The notes: generated by a model not told the origin, from the letters alone. 64,000 bases of DNA from an uncultured Bacteroidota bacterium (GCA_903926385.1 CAIYIS010000010.1:7060-71059), one strand, 5' to 3'; positions 1 to 10,287 are shown, numbered from the stretch's first letter. Translations and numbers: made by a program.

Positions 1-1895
1 CTTCTTATTCATTGGCATATCCTAGCATATCGGCTGACGGGCAATGGTTATATTTTGCATCGGATATGCCGGGCGGAAAAGGTGGACTAGATATATACAG
101 ATGCCATAAAGAAGAGGATGGTTGGGGACCTCCGCAAAATATGGGAGATGAGGTGAACTCTAAATATGATGAGGCGTTTCCGTATATTCGTAAAGATGGA
201 ATGCTTTATTTTTCATCCGATCGCCATTCCGGATTCGGGGGACTTGATATTTATTCGGCAACTAAGGTGAATGATAAATATACCGAAGTAACCAATCTGG
301 GAGCTCCGCTTAATTCGTCAACTGACGATTTTGGAATACTGTATTTGGATGATTTTACACGAGGATATTTTTCGTCTGATAGAGCTTCTGGAAAAGGGGC
401 AGACGATATTTATACGTTTAAAGCACTTAATAAGTTTGTGGAAATTGAAGGGAAATTATTACTCAGCCAGAACATAAACGATCCGTTGAGGAATATGAAA
501 ATAAAATTGATGACCGAAGAAGGTAAGCTGATTGAGACCGCTGTTACCGAACAAAACGGACATTTTAAATTTGCAAAACTTGATCCGGATATAAAATATA
601 TGGTTCAAATTGATGAATCAAATCCTGTATTGGTTAATATTGAAAAGGTTTATATGGCCAATAATGACAACAAGATTGTTCGTGTAATTGTAATTAACGA
701 AAAAGGAGGTTCATTTGTGTTTATGCGCTTACCTCTCGACCCGAACGAAATGGAGTTGGCTCAGGAAGCTGATAACACTACTTTTGCCGGAAATTTATTT
801 TCGGGAGAAGATGCTTCGCAACCATTAGCTGATACCAAAATAAATTTGCTCAATGATAAAGGTGAGGTAATTGCTACAGGAACAACAAATGGTAGAGGTG
901 CTTTTGTTTTTAGTCATTTGCCAGCCGATCAAACATTCTTAGTTCAGGTGGACGAGACAGATTCGAAATTGACACCTAACACCAAAATTACAATTACCAA
1001 TAAAAACGGTACTGAAATACAAACCACCAGAACAAAAGATAAAGGGAAATTTGATTTCACTTTCCTTGCATCTGATAAGCACTCCTTGGAGCAAATGACC
1101 GTGGAGGACAAGGATCTTCGTTTTGATTTTAAAGGAAAAATAGCAAATCAAAATAAAGTGCCATTAGCAAACTCAGTTGTAAATATTGTGAACGAGAAGG
1201 GCGAAATAGTTGCAACTACTCACACCAACGCCAAGGGAGGTTTTCAGTTTACTAATTTGCCTACAGATAAAAGTATTTTATTTGCAATAGACGAGAATGA
1301 TATTAAAATGGATGACGGTTTGAAATATTATTTAACCGATGCAAAGGGTAATGTTATCAAGGAATTTGGAAGAAATAAGAAAGGGAAATTTGATTTCACC
1401 ATTTTGCCGAGTGACATTAAAAAGCTTGGAGAACTTTATGTGGATGACACGAAGCTCTCATTTAGTCGTCCAAATTCAAAAGCAAAGCCTGCTGAATTGC
1501 CGACAGCTTTCAAGTATGAATTGAAGGTGAATGATACATTGAGTGGAATTGAAAATCTATACTACGATTTTAATGAACATTTGATTATGCCTCAATCCAT
1601 CAAAACTCTCTTTCAGATTTCTTATATCTTGGAAAATAATCCAAATTATAATATTGTGCTTCGTTCGTTTTCCGACTCGCGAGGAACATCGGAGTATAAT
1701 TTGAAATTGTCTCAGTTGAGAGCAAAGTCGGCAAAAGAATTCTTAATTGTGGAAGGTATAGAGGCTCAGAGAATATTTGCAAAAGGTTATGGCGAATCGC
1801 AATTGCTTAATAAATGTAGCGAAGGGGTTTACTGTGATGACGAAGAACATGCCAAAAACCGAAGAACCGAAATTAGGATTTACAGAAAAAAATAA
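1..1895 (+). CDS. OmpA-family outer-membrane/peptidoglycan-associated protein with TolB-like PD40 repeats (5' partial)
   Basis: C-terminal OmpA-like domain (NIVLRSFSDSRGTSEYNLKLSQLRAKSAKEFL...GYGESQLLNKC...NRRTEIRI). N-terminal PD40-like motifs (DGQWLYFASD, DGMLYFSSDR, GYFSSDR). Central reiterated ~90-aa modules (GxFxFxxLPxDxxF). The track start at 12 is a TTG and the frame stays open back to base 3, so the gene probably begins upstream of the window. Confidence 0.8.
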   Translation, partial: SYSLAYPSISADGQWLYFASDMPGGKGGLDIYRCHKEEDGWGPPQNMGDEVNSKYDEAFPYIRKDGMLYFSSDRHSGFGGLDIYSATKVNDKYTEVTNLGAPLNSSTDDFGILYLDDFTRGYFSSDRASGKGADDIYTFKALNKFVEIEGKLLLSQNINDPLRNMKIKLMTEEGKLIETAVTEQNGHFKFAKLDPDIKYMVQIDESNPVLVNIEKVYMANNDNKIVRVIVINEKGGSFVFMRLPLDPNEMELAQEADNTTFAGNLFSGEDASQPLADTKINLLNDKGEVIATGTTNGRGAFVFSHLPADQTFLVQVDETDSKLTPNTKITITNKNGTEIQTTRTKDKGKFDFTFLASDKHSLEQMTVEDKDLRFDFKGKIANQNKVPLANSVVNIVNEKGEIVATTHTNAKGGFQFTNLPTDKSILFAIDENDIKMDDGLKYYLTDAKGNVIKEFGRNKKGKFDFTILPSDIKKLGELYVDDTKLSFSRPNSKAKPAELPTAFKYELKVNDTLSGIENLYYDFNEHLIMPQSIKTLFQISYILENNPNYNIVLRSFSDSRGTSEYNLKLSQLRAKSAKEFLIVEGIEAQRIFAKGYGESQLLNKCSEGVYCDDEEHAKNRRTEIRIYRKK

Positions 1896-2009
1896 ATAGA
1901 AAGTATAGCTTTCCTTTATTGTCTCATCTAAATTTACCTGCAACTTTTCTTAACTCTTACGCATTGCTTTTAGAATAATGTATCAAAGTGATGTTACACA
2001 AATGAGGTG

Positions 2010-2198
2010 AAAGATTTATCTTTATTGGCCAAAGATTTATCTTTATGAACCAAAGATGCATCTATAGTGACCAAAGATTTATCTTTATGAGCAAAAGATT
2101 TATCTTTATTGACTAAAGATTTATCTTTAATGACTAAAGATTTATCTTTATGAGGCAAAGATTTATCTTTATTGACCAAAGATAAATCTTTAGCCTAT
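2010..2198. repeat. Tandem array of 9 x 21 bp, each unit carrying the imperfect palindrome AAAGAT-TT-ATCTTT
   Basis: Unit starts at 2010, 2031, 2052, 2073, 2094, 2115, 2136, 2157 and 2178, an exact 21-bp period. Seven units share AAAGATTTATCTTTA. Unit 3 has AAAGATGCATCTAT (AGATGCATCT is a perfect palindrome). Unit 9 is the exact reverse complement of the core (AAAGATAAATCTTT). Differences between units fall mainly in the 5-7 nt spacers. Confidence 0.95.
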
Positions 2199-2374
2199 TT
2201 TTACCTTAGTTGCGAGCCAAATGTGATGAAGAATAGGGATTAATTGTTGAAAATGTAGCCACTTTTGGATTATTTATGCTGCCTGGTTCAGTATCTCCAT
2301 CCAATTTAACAAACCAACTTGTCTTAATTAATTCACTAATCACTCCATTTTTTACAACCATCAAAGGGGTGAAA

Positions 2375-2420
2375 TAAAAAAAATCCTGTTTCGACTTTAC
2401 TCGGAACAGGATTTCTTTTT
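2375..2420 (-). terminator. Rho-independent terminator downstream of the DUF3276 gene
   Basis: Inverted repeat ATCCTGTTTCGA (2383-2394) / TCGGAACAGGAT (2401-2412) with a 6-nt loop. Read on the minus strand it is followed by a T-run (plus-strand AAAAAAAA at 2376-2383). It lies directly 3' of the minus-strand stop at 2435. Confidence 0.7.
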
Positions 2421-2434
2421 GCGACTCAATTTAG

Positions 2435-2845
2435 TTATTTGTCGAGGTCTTCAAAGCTTATATTTGTAAAACTATCGGTAGATAAATCGGATGAAGATAC
2501 GGGTTTCGATTCGTTCGGATAGAAATCTTTCTTCGGTTCACGAGTCTCGCGAGGCTCCTGACTTCGAGGTTCCTGATCAGGTGAGTTTTTTTTAACATAA
2601 CCAACTACCTCATTCAAGTATTCAACAAAATCTTCGAAATCTTCTCTGTATAAAAATATTTTATGTTTGTCGTAAACGAATCGTCCATCATCATCTATTC
2701 TTTTTTTGCTCTCTGTAATGGTTAAATAGAGTTCTTCATTTCTGGTGTTTTTTACATCAAAAAAGTAAGTTCTTTTTCCTGCCTTTAATACTTTCGAAAA
2801 AATTTCTTCTCTATCAGAACCTTTTCTTCCTTTTCCTTCTTCCAT
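2435..2845 (-). CDS. PUR-alpha/beta-like nucleic-acid-binding protein (DUF3276 family)
   Basis: KAGKRTYFFDVKNTRNEELYLTITESKKR...KHKIFLYREDFEDFVEYLNEVV is the pattern I recognise from the Bacteroidota DUF3276/PUR-like family. The C-terminal tail is acidic and low-complexity. Confidence 0.75.
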   Translation of the reverse strand: MEEGKGRKGSDREEIFSKVLKAGKRTYFFDVKNTRNEELYLTITESKKRIDDDGRFVYDKHKIFLYREDFEDFVEYLNEVVGYVKKNSPDQEPRSQEPRETREPKKDFYPNESKPVSSSDLSTDSFTNISFEDLDK

Positions 2846-3052
2846 CGTTTTATTTTAAAAGTTTATCGTCTTGTTTAATACGGTCGACAAATGTTTGTAT
2901 AATTATCAGTATTCGCAAGGTTTGTTAATAACTTTTTTATGTAAAATTCGTTTATTGCTAATCATACCTTCATTTTGATTAATCCGTTAACCTGAATTAT
3001 TCAGAGATAATTTGATAATTTGATAATGCGGTGCCTGTTTTGGTAAGTATCA

Positions 3053-4849
3053 TCAGTTCACTTCTTCTTCCAGGAGCTGCATTTTGTACAAATCAAAATA
3101 TACACCTTGTTTATCCATTAGTTCCTGATGTTTCCCTTCTTCCACTATTTGCCCTTGGTCGAGCACAATAATATTATCTGCATTTTTTACGGAAGAAACT
3201 CGGTGGCTAATAATAACCGAAGTTTTGTTTTTCATAACTTCTTTGAGGTTATTTAAAATTTCTTCTTCAGTTTCTGTGTCCACAGCCGACAAGCAATCGT
3301 CAAATATCAGCAGTTGGGGTTTTTTTATGAGCGCTCGAGCAATGGAGATACGTTGTTTCTGACCTCCGGAAAGGGTAATGCCTCTCTCGCCAACCATCGT
3401 TTCAAATTTTTCAGGAAATTCAATAATATTCGAATAAATGGCTGCATTTTTTGCGGCTTTTTCTATCGCTTCCTTTCGAATTCGCTTCGCCTCTTCTGAT
3501 TCTTTCGCACTTGAAATGGCAGGAGGGGGCACAGAAAAACCAATGTTGTTGGCAATGCTTTCTGAAAAAAGAAATACCTCCTGCGGAGCATAACCAATTT
3601 GATTGCGAAGCGAAAATAAATTATGCTGTTTAATGTTTTTTGAGTCAATCAAAATTTCGCCTTTATCCACATCATATAACCTGCATAGCAAATTGGCAAT
3701 GGTCGATTTTCCTGATGCTGTGCGGCCTATAATCGCTAAAGATGTATTATGTTTGATAACAAATGAAATAGTGTTGAGTGCCATAATTCCTGTATCGGGA
3801 TAAGCGAACGAAACATTTTTGAATTCAATATCTCCTTTGATTAAGGTTTCCTGATTTACAGAGTTCACTATTTGCGGTTCGGTGAGTAAGAATTCATTAA
3901 TTCTGGTTTGTGATGCAGCTGCTCTTTGAATAAGAGAGGTTACCCATCCCAGTGAGGCGATAGGCCAGGTAAGTCTGTTAACGTAAACAATAAATTCGGC
4001 AATGTTACCGTAAGATATTTTTCCGGAAATGGCTTGCATCCCTCCTATATATATAGTAAAAATGGTACTCAGCCCGATGAGTAGAATCATGGCCGGTTGA
4101 AAAAGCGATTCTGTTTTAACCAGTCCCAGTGTTCGTTTCAGGTATTCATTACTTTGTTTTTCAAACTCACCTGCCGAGTGCTTTTCTCGTCCGTAAGCCT
4201 TCAATACACGAATTCCTGAAAACGATTCTTGTGCCTGAGTAGTAATATTTGAAAGCTGTTCCTGAACTTCTGTACTTTTTTTATTAATAATGCTACTTAC
4301 AAAATAGATTGAAATTGCAAGAAAAGGTAATGGCAGCAATACATACATCGTAAGTTTTAAATCTACGTGAATCATAACAGAGATGGTAAGTGCAAAAGTG
4401 ATAATTGTGTTAACAATATACATTATTGCCGGACCAATATACATACGAACGCGACTCACATCCTCACTGATGCGGTTCATCAAATCTCCTGTATTGTTGC
4501 GTTTGTAAAAGCCAATATCCAGTTTCTGATATTGATTAAATATTTCATTTTTTAGATCTTTCTCAATAAGTCTCGACATCACAATTATAGATTGACGCAT
4601 CAGAAAGAGAAAAAAACCGCTGATTAAAGCAAGCCCAAGAATCATTCCTGCATACAACCAAAGTTGTTTGTAAGGTTCATCCCCGATTGCCGGATGGGCC
4701 TGAATCTCTTTGAGGTAATCGAATGCCGTTCGTACAAAAGTGACCGAATAAACTGCAAAAATGTTTGATACAGCTGTAAAAACAATACCCAGCAGCAATC
4801 TCCATTTGTATTTAATAAAGTACTTATTTATGTGTTTTAATGATTTCAA
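3053..4849 (-). CDS. ABC transporter, fused permease/ATP-binding protein (MsbA-type exporter)
   Basis: Six-TM N-terminal half. Walker A GRTASGKST, signature LSGGQKQR, Walker B LLIFDD, H-loop SHR. A ~30-aa K/E/A-rich insertion precedes the signature motif. Confidence 0.9.
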   Translation of the reverse strand: MKSLKHINKYFIKYKWRLLLGIVFTAVSNIFAVYSVTFVRTAFDYLKEIQAHPAIGDEPYKQLWLYAGMILGLALISGFFLFLMRQSIIVMSRLIEKDLKNEIFNQYQKLDIGFYKRNNTGDLMNRISEDVSRVRMYIGPAIMYIVNTIITFALTISVMIHVDLKLTMYVLLPLPFLAISIYFVSSIINKKSTEVQEQLSNITTQAQESFSGIRVLKAYGREKHSAGEFEKQSNEYLKRTLGLVKTESLFQPAMILLIGLSTIFTIYIGGMQAISGKISYGNIAEFIVYVNRLTWPIASLGWVTSLIQRAAASQTRINEFLLTEPQIVNSVNQETLIKGDIEFKNVSFAYPDTGIMALNTISFVIKHNTSLAIIGRTASGKSTIANLLCRLYDVDKGEILIDSKNIKQHNLFSLRNQIGYAPQEVFLFSESIANNIGFSVPPPAISSAKESEEAKRIRKEAIEKAAKNAAIYSNIIEFPEKFETMVGERGITLSGGQKQRISIARALIKKPQLLIFDDCLSAVDTETEEEILNNLKEVMKNKTSVIISHRVSSVKNADNIIVLDQGQIVEEGKHQELMDKQGVYFDLYKMQLLEEEVN

Positions 4850-5146
4850 TTTCTTTCGTTTTGGTTAGAAAATTTTTTTTGTTTGATCTTTACCTTTAAT
4901 TTACCAATCAACTTTTGGGCTTTTATAGCTTCGTTTTCACACTTCATCCATGCGGTTTTAAAAAAAGGGAAAAATCATAATTAATTTACCAAAAATAAGC
5001 GGTTTTATAAGCGATTTTGGCTTACTTTTGTCGGCCTTATAAAAAATAAATATATTTTTGCGAAAAAAAATATTCCTCTTTTTAAAAGGTTGCAAAATTA
5101 CTTATAAAATAAAGATTCAAACAATAAATTCTTAAAACTTAAAATT

Positions 5147-6256
5147 ATGATAGAAGTAGGAGACATCAAGAAATCGTCATTGGCAGAAAATCCAGTAATC
5201 GCTCAGATGAGTTTGCACAATCATGAGCAGATTTTATTCTGTAACGACAACGATACCGGTTTAAAAGCAATTATCGCTATTCACAATACCGTTCTTGGAC
5301 CAAGTTTAGGGGGCACACGTATGTGGGCATACAACAACGAAATGGAAGCGTTGACTGATGCATTGCGTCTTTCTCGTGGTATGACATACAAGTCGGCTGC
5401 TGCAGGTTTGAATTTGGGTGGCGGTAAAGCTGTGATAATTGGTGATGCTAAAACTCAGAAAAATGAAACATTGATGCGTAGATTCGGAAAGTTTGTAAAT
5501 AGCCTTTCAGGAAAATACATTACAGCCGAAGATGTGGGTGTAAACACAAAAGACATGGAGTACATTAAAATGGAAACAGATTATGTGAGCGGTTTGCCAT
5601 TGAATATGGGAGGAAGTGGCGATCCATCACCGGTTACCGCCTATGGTGTTTATCTTTCAATGAAAGCTTCTGCTAAGGAAAAATGGGGAGATGATGGTTT
5701 GTCAGGGAAAAAAGTAGTTGTGCAGGGAATAGGTAATGTAGGGGAACATTTAGTTAAACATTTGGTAAAGGAAGGAGCGAAAGTTTCTATTTACGATATA
5801 AACGAAGAAAGACTAAAAATAGTTGCTAAAGAAACCGGAGCTACAGTGATTACTGATGCGAACGGATTGTTTGATTTAGATATGGATATTTATGCTCCTT
5901 GTGCACTTGGAGCAACGCTAAATACTGATTCATTAAACAGATTGAAATGCTCTATAGTTTGCGGAGCTGCAAACAATCAGTTGGCAGATGAAACAATACA
6001 CGGAAAAATGGTGATAGAAAAAGGAATATTATATGCACCAGATTTTGTTGTTAATGCAGGTGGAATTATTAATGTGTTTTATGAATTAGAAGGCTATAAT
6101 CGCGAAAGAGCGATGGCACATGCTGAGAAAATTTATCAAACTACACTTTCCATATTTAAAATGTCGAAAGAGCAGAATATACCAACGTATATGGCAGCAA
6201 ATAGACTTGCAGAGAAACGCATTGCTGACATAGGTAAAGTGAAATTAACTTTTTAG
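5147..6256 (+). CDS. Leucine (Leu/Val/Phe-type) dehydrogenase, Glu/Leu/Phe/Val dehydrogenase family
   Basis: GPSLGGTRMW and GLNLGGGKAVI (catalytic Lys region), Rossmann motif VQGIGNVG. The 369-aa length is typical of the Leu/Val dehydrogenase subgroup. Confidence 0.85.
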   Translation: MIEVGDIKKSSLAENPVIAQMSLHNHEQILFCNDNDTGLKAIIAIHNTVLGPSLGGTRMWAYNNEMEALTDALRLSRGMTYKSAAAGLNLGGGKAVIIGDAKTQKNETLMRRFGKFVNSLSGKYITAEDVGVNTKDMEYIKMETDYVSGLPLNMGGSGDPSPVTAYGVYLSMKASAKEKWGDDGLSGKKVVVQGIGNVGEHLVKHLVKEGAKVSIYDINEERLKIVAKETGATVITDANGLFDLDMDIYAPCALGATLNTDSLNRLKCSIVCGAANNQLADETIHGKMVIEKGILYAPDFVVNAGGIINVFYELEGYNRERAMAHAEKIYQTTLSIFKMSKEQNIPTYMAANRLAEKRIADIGKVKLTF

Positions 6257-6331
6257 TAATTTCTTTGTAATAGTTTTGGTAATGAAGATTCAGTTCTTGA
6301 TATACTAGGTTAATAGTTTTATTTATTTGTA

Positions 6332-7279
6332 ATGTTAAACAGAAGGTATATTAGAATAATTGTGATGAGAGCTTTGTACGGATTTTTTCAATCCGATTCA
6401 AAAGATCTTGCAAAAGGTGAGCGTGATTTAATCAATGGAATTGATAAAATATATGACTTGTATATTTATCAGTTAGCTTTGCTTTTAGAGTTACGTCATG
6501 TTGCCTCCGTTATTATGGAAGATGCAAAGACTAAGCATTTGCCCACAAAGGAAAATTTGAATCCCAATTTAAAATTCATTGAAAATAAATTCATACAGCA
6601 ATTGAGTGAAAACATTCACCTAAAGCGCGAAATGAATAACCGAAGAATTAATTGGAATAATGAATTTGAATTGGTAAAGAAGATTTTCAAAAACATTAAA
6701 GATTCGGAATACTACAAACAGTACATGTCAGATGCGGATGATTCATATAATGTACATAAGAAATTAATTCTTGACGTTTTTACAGAAAATATAGCTGATT
6801 ACGATTTAGTGAATTTTGGTTATGAAGAAAAAGACTTGAATTGGGGAGATGATATTTATGTGGTGAATCCGATAATAGTAAAAACTATCGAGTCAATGAC
6901 AGAGGAATCTGCTCCTGATTTTAATTTGATGCCATTGTATAAAGATAAAGAAGAGGATCAGCAATTTGTTAAAGATTTGTTTATGCAAACAATTCTGCGA
7001 AATGAAGAGATTGAAAAAATGATTGGCGAAAAAACTAAAAACTGGGAAGTGGATAGAATTGCCATGATGGATGTTTTATTAATGAAGATGGCGATAGCAG
7101 AAATCCTTTGTTTCCCTAACATCCCTGTGAAAGTATCGTTGAACGAATACATTGAAATTTCGAAAACTTACAGTACTCCTAAAAGTAAATTGTTTATTAA
7201 TGGAATTTTAGATAAGTTGGTTTCTGATTTTAATAGAGAGGATAAACTAAATAAAATAGGTCGAGGGTTAATGGAGTAA
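6332..7279 (+). CDS. nusB: Transcription antitermination factor NusB (long Bacteroidota form)
   Basis: N-terminal RRYIRIIVMRALY and C-terminal WEVDRIAMMDVLLMKMAIAEIL...VSLNEYIEISKTYSTPKSKLFINGILDKL match the NusB fold signature. It precedes yajC, as is often seen in this phylum. Confidence 0.75.
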   Translation: MLNRRYIRIIVMRALYGFFQSDSKDLAKGERDLINGIDKIYDLYIYQLALLLELRHVASVIMEDAKTKHLPTKENLNPNLKFIENKFIQQLSENIHLKREMNNRRINWNNEFELVKKIFKNIKDSEYYKQYMSDADDSYNVHKKLILDVFTENIADYDLVNFGYEEKDLNWGDDIYVVNPIIVKTIESMTEESAPDFNLMPLYKDKEEDQQFVKDLFMQTILRNEEIEKMIGEKTKNWEVDRIAMMDVLLMKMAIAEILCFPNIPVKVSLNEYIEISKTYSTPKSKLFINGILDKLVSDFNREDKLNKIGRGLME

Positions 7280-7328
7280 GTTCATCAATAATTATCAGTA
7301 AAAAGCAAAGTAAACATATAAAACAAAA

Positions 7329-7802
7329 ATGAAATTAAGTATCAAGTTCGGGATAATAGTAATGATGGCAATTCCCGTTGCATGTAAACAGGAGGTTAAG
7401 ACAGAGGACGCAAATAGTATCTCTACAGATGTGATTAATGTGCCTGCAACCGCTTCAGGTAAGCCAGCCGTTCCGGGTTCGGCACCTGTAATGGCCTTCA
7501 CTGAAGAAAAGCACAATTTCGGAAAAATTACGCAGGGAGAAAAAGTATCATACTCTTTTGTATTTAAAAATACAGGAGGATCTGATTTAATTATTTCTTC
7601 TGCTCAGGGTAGTTGTGGTTGTACTGTTCCTACTTTCCCAAAAGGGCCTGTTAAACCAGGACAAGAATCGAAAATAGATGTTGTTTTCAATAGCGAAGGG
7701 AAATCAGGAGTAGTGGAGAAAACAGTAACTTTGGTTACTAATTGCAATCCAAGTACCAAAATTTTGACCATCACATCTACAATTAATGTACCTGAAGAAT
7801 AG
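7329..7802 (+). CDS. DUF1573 domain-containing lipoprotein
   Basis: Signal/lipobox-like N-terminus (AIPVAC). HNFGKITQGEKVSYSFVFKNTGGSDLIISSAQGSCGCTVP is the canonical DUF1573 motif. Confidence 0.8.
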   Translation: MKLSIKFGIIVMMAIPVACKQEVKTEDANSISTDVINVPATASGKPAVPGSAPVMAFTEEKHNFGKITQGEKVSYSFVFKNTGGSDLIISSAQGSCGCTVPTFPKGPVKPGQESKIDVVFNSEGKSGVVEKTVTLVTNCNPSTKILTITSTINVPEE

Positions 7803-7845
7803 TAAATTTAAATCAACAATAAATAATAATTAAACAAAAACAAAA

Positions 7846-8166
7846 ATGACAAACACACTATTAATGGCTGGTGGAACTACAGGAGGAAACCCTATCGGAC
7901 AATTTATTCCTTTGATTTTAATCATCGTGGTATTTTATTTTTTTATGATTCGTCCTCAATTGAAAAAAACAAAGGAGCAAAAGAAATTTCGTGAGAATAT
8001 TGCAAAAGGTGATAAAATCGTTACCATTGGAGGCATTCATGCTAAGATAATCGAAGTCCAGGAAAAAACTTTTATTATCGAGGTTGAAGGTGGTCACAAA
8101 TTAAAAATCGAAAAAAGTGCTGTGTCTATGGACTCTTCAACTTTAATTGGTGCTGATCCTAAATAA
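7846..8166 (+). CDS. yajC: Preprotein translocase subunit YajC
   Basis: Single TM followed by [39 protein letters not shown], the YajC signature. 106 aa. Confidence 0.9.
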   Translation: MTNTLLMAGGTTGGNPIGQFIPLILIIVVFYFFMIRPQLKKTKEQKKFRENIAKGDKIVTIGGIHAKIIEVQEKTFIIEVEGGHKLKIEKSAVSMDSSTLIGADPK

Positions 8167-8185
8167 TAAATTAGCTTTTTTATAA

Positions 8186-8226
8186 ATAGCGTTGGGTGAA
8201 TTAAATTGCTCAACGCTATTTTTTTG
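8186..8226 (+). terminator. Probable intrinsic terminator after yajC
   Basis: ATAGCGTTG (8186-8194) pairs with CAACGCTAT (8211-8219) and is followed by TTTTTTT. The 16-nt loop is long, which lowers confidence. Confidence 0.55.
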
Positions 8227-8270
8227 TTAATCTCTTTCTTAATTTTGTATCCTGTAAATATGCATGAACT

Positions 8271-9251
8271 GTGGTAGGCAAGAAGAATAAAATTTCGATT
8301 GATAATAGTATTCGTTTAAACAGAAGAGTAATAACTTTTTTGTTTTGTGTTGCTATTTCTGTCTTTTTCTGGTTGCTGATGACGCTTTCCCGGCAGTACA
8401 CCATTACAGTTAACTTTCCGGTAAATTATATTAACCTGCCTTTTGATAAAGTTGTCTCCAATCGTTTGCCCGAGAGTATCGATATTCAAATAGAGTCTTC
8501 AGGCTTCAATTTATTATGGTATAAAATAAAACACCAAAGGGAGGTAATCTCAATAGATTTGAAAGATGTGGCACCACTTGCTGTCAAGAACCATTATTAT
8601 TTATTAAGCAATTCACGAATAGATAAAATTACAGCACAGTTTAGTAATGAAATTAAAATTGTTCGCGTTATTCCGGATACAGTGTTTCTGAATTTCAATA
8701 AAAAAACATCCAAACGAGTACCTGTTAAACCTAGTGTAACAATAAATTTTCAAAATCAGTTCCAGCAAAAAGACAGCATAATTCTAACACCTGCATTTGT
8801 CGACATTTCGGGTGCCGCAGACATCGTGGATAAAATCAACTTCGTAGAAACAATACCGGTGACCCTAAAGAATGTTACCAATTCTGTTTCTGTTAAGTTA
8901 TCTTTGAAAAAAACTCCATTGATGAAATATGTTGATTTGTCTCAGCCTACCGTAATGGCCACTCTCAATGTTACCAGGTATACTGAAGCCAATATCGAAT
9001 TGCCAATAGAGGTAGAAAATCTTCCATTAGGATTAGGATTAAAAACGTTTCCAGATAAGGTTTCGGTAAAATATAACGTGGCTTTTACTAATTATGAAAA
9101 GATTAATTCTTCACAATTTCGAGCGGTGGTTGATTACAAAAAAATAGAAACCGGAAACAATAAATTAAAAGTGCTTCTTGTTACATCACCATCAGAAATC
9201 AAGGCTGTAAAACTAAATCCTGAAAAGGTCGAGTTTATTATTAAAAAATAG
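8271..9251 (+). CDS. YbbR-like domain-containing membrane-anchored protein
   Basis: GTG start. N-terminal TM (ITFLFCVAISVFFWLLMTL) followed by repeated beta-rich modules of the YbbR type. The assignment rests on overall pattern, not a sharp motif. Confidence 0.55.
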   Translation: MVGKKNKISIDNSIRLNRRVITFLFCVAISVFFWLLMTLSRQYTITVNFPVNYINLPFDKVVSNRLPESIDIQIESSGFNLLWYKIKHQREVISIDLKDVAPLAVKNHYYLLSNSRIDKITAQFSNEIKIVRVIPDTVFLNFNKKTSKRVPVKPSVTINFQNQFQQKDSIILTPAFVDISGAADIVDKINFVETIPVTLKNVTNSVSVKLSLKKTPLMKYVDLSQPTVMATLNVTRYTEANIELPIEVENLPLGLGLKTFPDKVSVKYNVAFTNYEKINSSQFRAVVDYKKIETGNNKLKVLLVTSPSEIKAVKLNPEKVEFIIKK

Positions 9252-9253
9252 AT

Positions 9254-9838
9254 ATGAAAAAAGTAGGAATAACAGGAGGAATAGGAAGTGGGAAGACTAC
9301 CGTTTGTAAGGTTTTCGAATTGCTTGGCGCACCTGTTTTTTACGCAGATGATGAGTCGAAGAAATTGCTTTTCAATGATGCCGATATTAAAAGAAAAATC
9401 CTCGAAGCGTTTGGTGATGCCGTTTTATCTGCTTCAGGTTTTGTTGATAGAATGCTACTCTCTTCCGTTGTTTTTAATAATAAAGAAAAGCTGGAACAAT
9501 TAAATGCCATTCTACACCCTGCAGTTGGGCATCGTTTTGAGCAATGGGTTGAAGAAAAAAAACAGCATCCTTACATTTTAAAAGAAGCAGCTATTCTGTT
9601 TGAGAGTGGGGCATATAAACAAGTGGATATGGTTATTACAGTTACAGCGCCTGTTTCTTTAAAAATTCAACGAGCCATGAAAAGAGATAATATAACAATG
9701 GAGCAAGTAGAACAACGTATCCTTAATCAGATGAGTGATGAAGATAAGATGGCAAGGTCGCAATTTGTTGTTCATAATGATGAACAACATTTACTCATTC
9801 CTCAAATTTTGAAAATTCATTCTGAACTTATTTCTTAA
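9254..9838 (+). CDS. coaE: Dephospho-CoA kinase
   Basis: VGITGGIGSGKTTV P-loop at the N-terminus, 194 aa, LHPAV motif. Confidence 0.9.
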   Translation: MKKVGITGGIGSGKTTVCKVFELLGAPVFYADDESKKLLFNDADIKRKILEAFGDAVLSASGFVDRMLLSSVVFNNKEKLEQLNAILHPAVGHRFEQWVEEKKQHPYILKEAAILFESGAYKQVDMVITVTAPVSLKIQRAMKRDNITMEQVEQRILNQMSDEDKMARSQFVVHNDEQHLLIPQILKIHSELIS

Positions 9839-9897
9839 CATTATTTTGCCTGTAAATTTATTCTTTCTATTTTCGAAAAAAATTTAAATCAATAACG

Positions 9898-10287
9898 ATG
9901 GAGAATCAAACCAATTTTAATCAGCAAAACATTAACCAACAATTCCAACAACAGTTGTCTCAACCCTTCGGTCAGCAGCAATTACCAAATGCTACAGCTG
10001 TTTTGGTGTTGGGTATTATTTCTATTGTAGGTTGCTTTTGTTACGGAATTATCGGAATTGTTTTGGGAATTATAGCCTTAGTGTTATCAAGTAAGGCACA
10101 CAAAATTTACAACGAAAATCCCGGATTGTATAATGAGGTTTCGTATAAAAATATGAAAGCTGGTCGTGTTTGTGCAATTATCGGCACTTGTTTATCATCG
10201 TTATATTTAGTGATTATCATTATTTATGTTGCAATGATAGGCGCCTTTATTTCAGGAATGCCGTGGGAAATGTTGGGAAGACATTAA
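9898..10287 (+). CDS. Small membrane protein (DUF4190-like) with Q/N-rich N-terminus
   Basis: Q/N-rich first 30 aa, then two hydrophobic hairpins (VLVLGIISIVGCFCYGIIGIVLGIIALVL ... CAIIGTCLSSLYLVIIIIYVAMIGAF). Confidence 0.5.
   Translation: MENQTNFNQQNINQQFQQQLSQPFGQQQLPNATAVLVLGIISIVGCFCYGIIGIVLGIIALVLSSKAHKIYNENPGLYNEVSYKNMKAGRVCAIIGTCLSSLYLVIIIIYVAMIGAFISGMPWEMLGRH

Noticed and set aside
1994-2179. 61-aa ORF (KDKSLxx heptads) as a confident protein-coding gene
   Set aside because: The frame is open simply because the 21-bp repeat is a multiple of three and lacks stops. I see no independent coding signal, so I kept it only as an alternative hypothesis under the repeat finding.
2010-2198. 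Possible CRISPR array
   Set aside because: The 21-bp units are directly contiguous with no unique spacers, the unit is shorter than typical CRISPR repeats, and no cas genes are present in the window.
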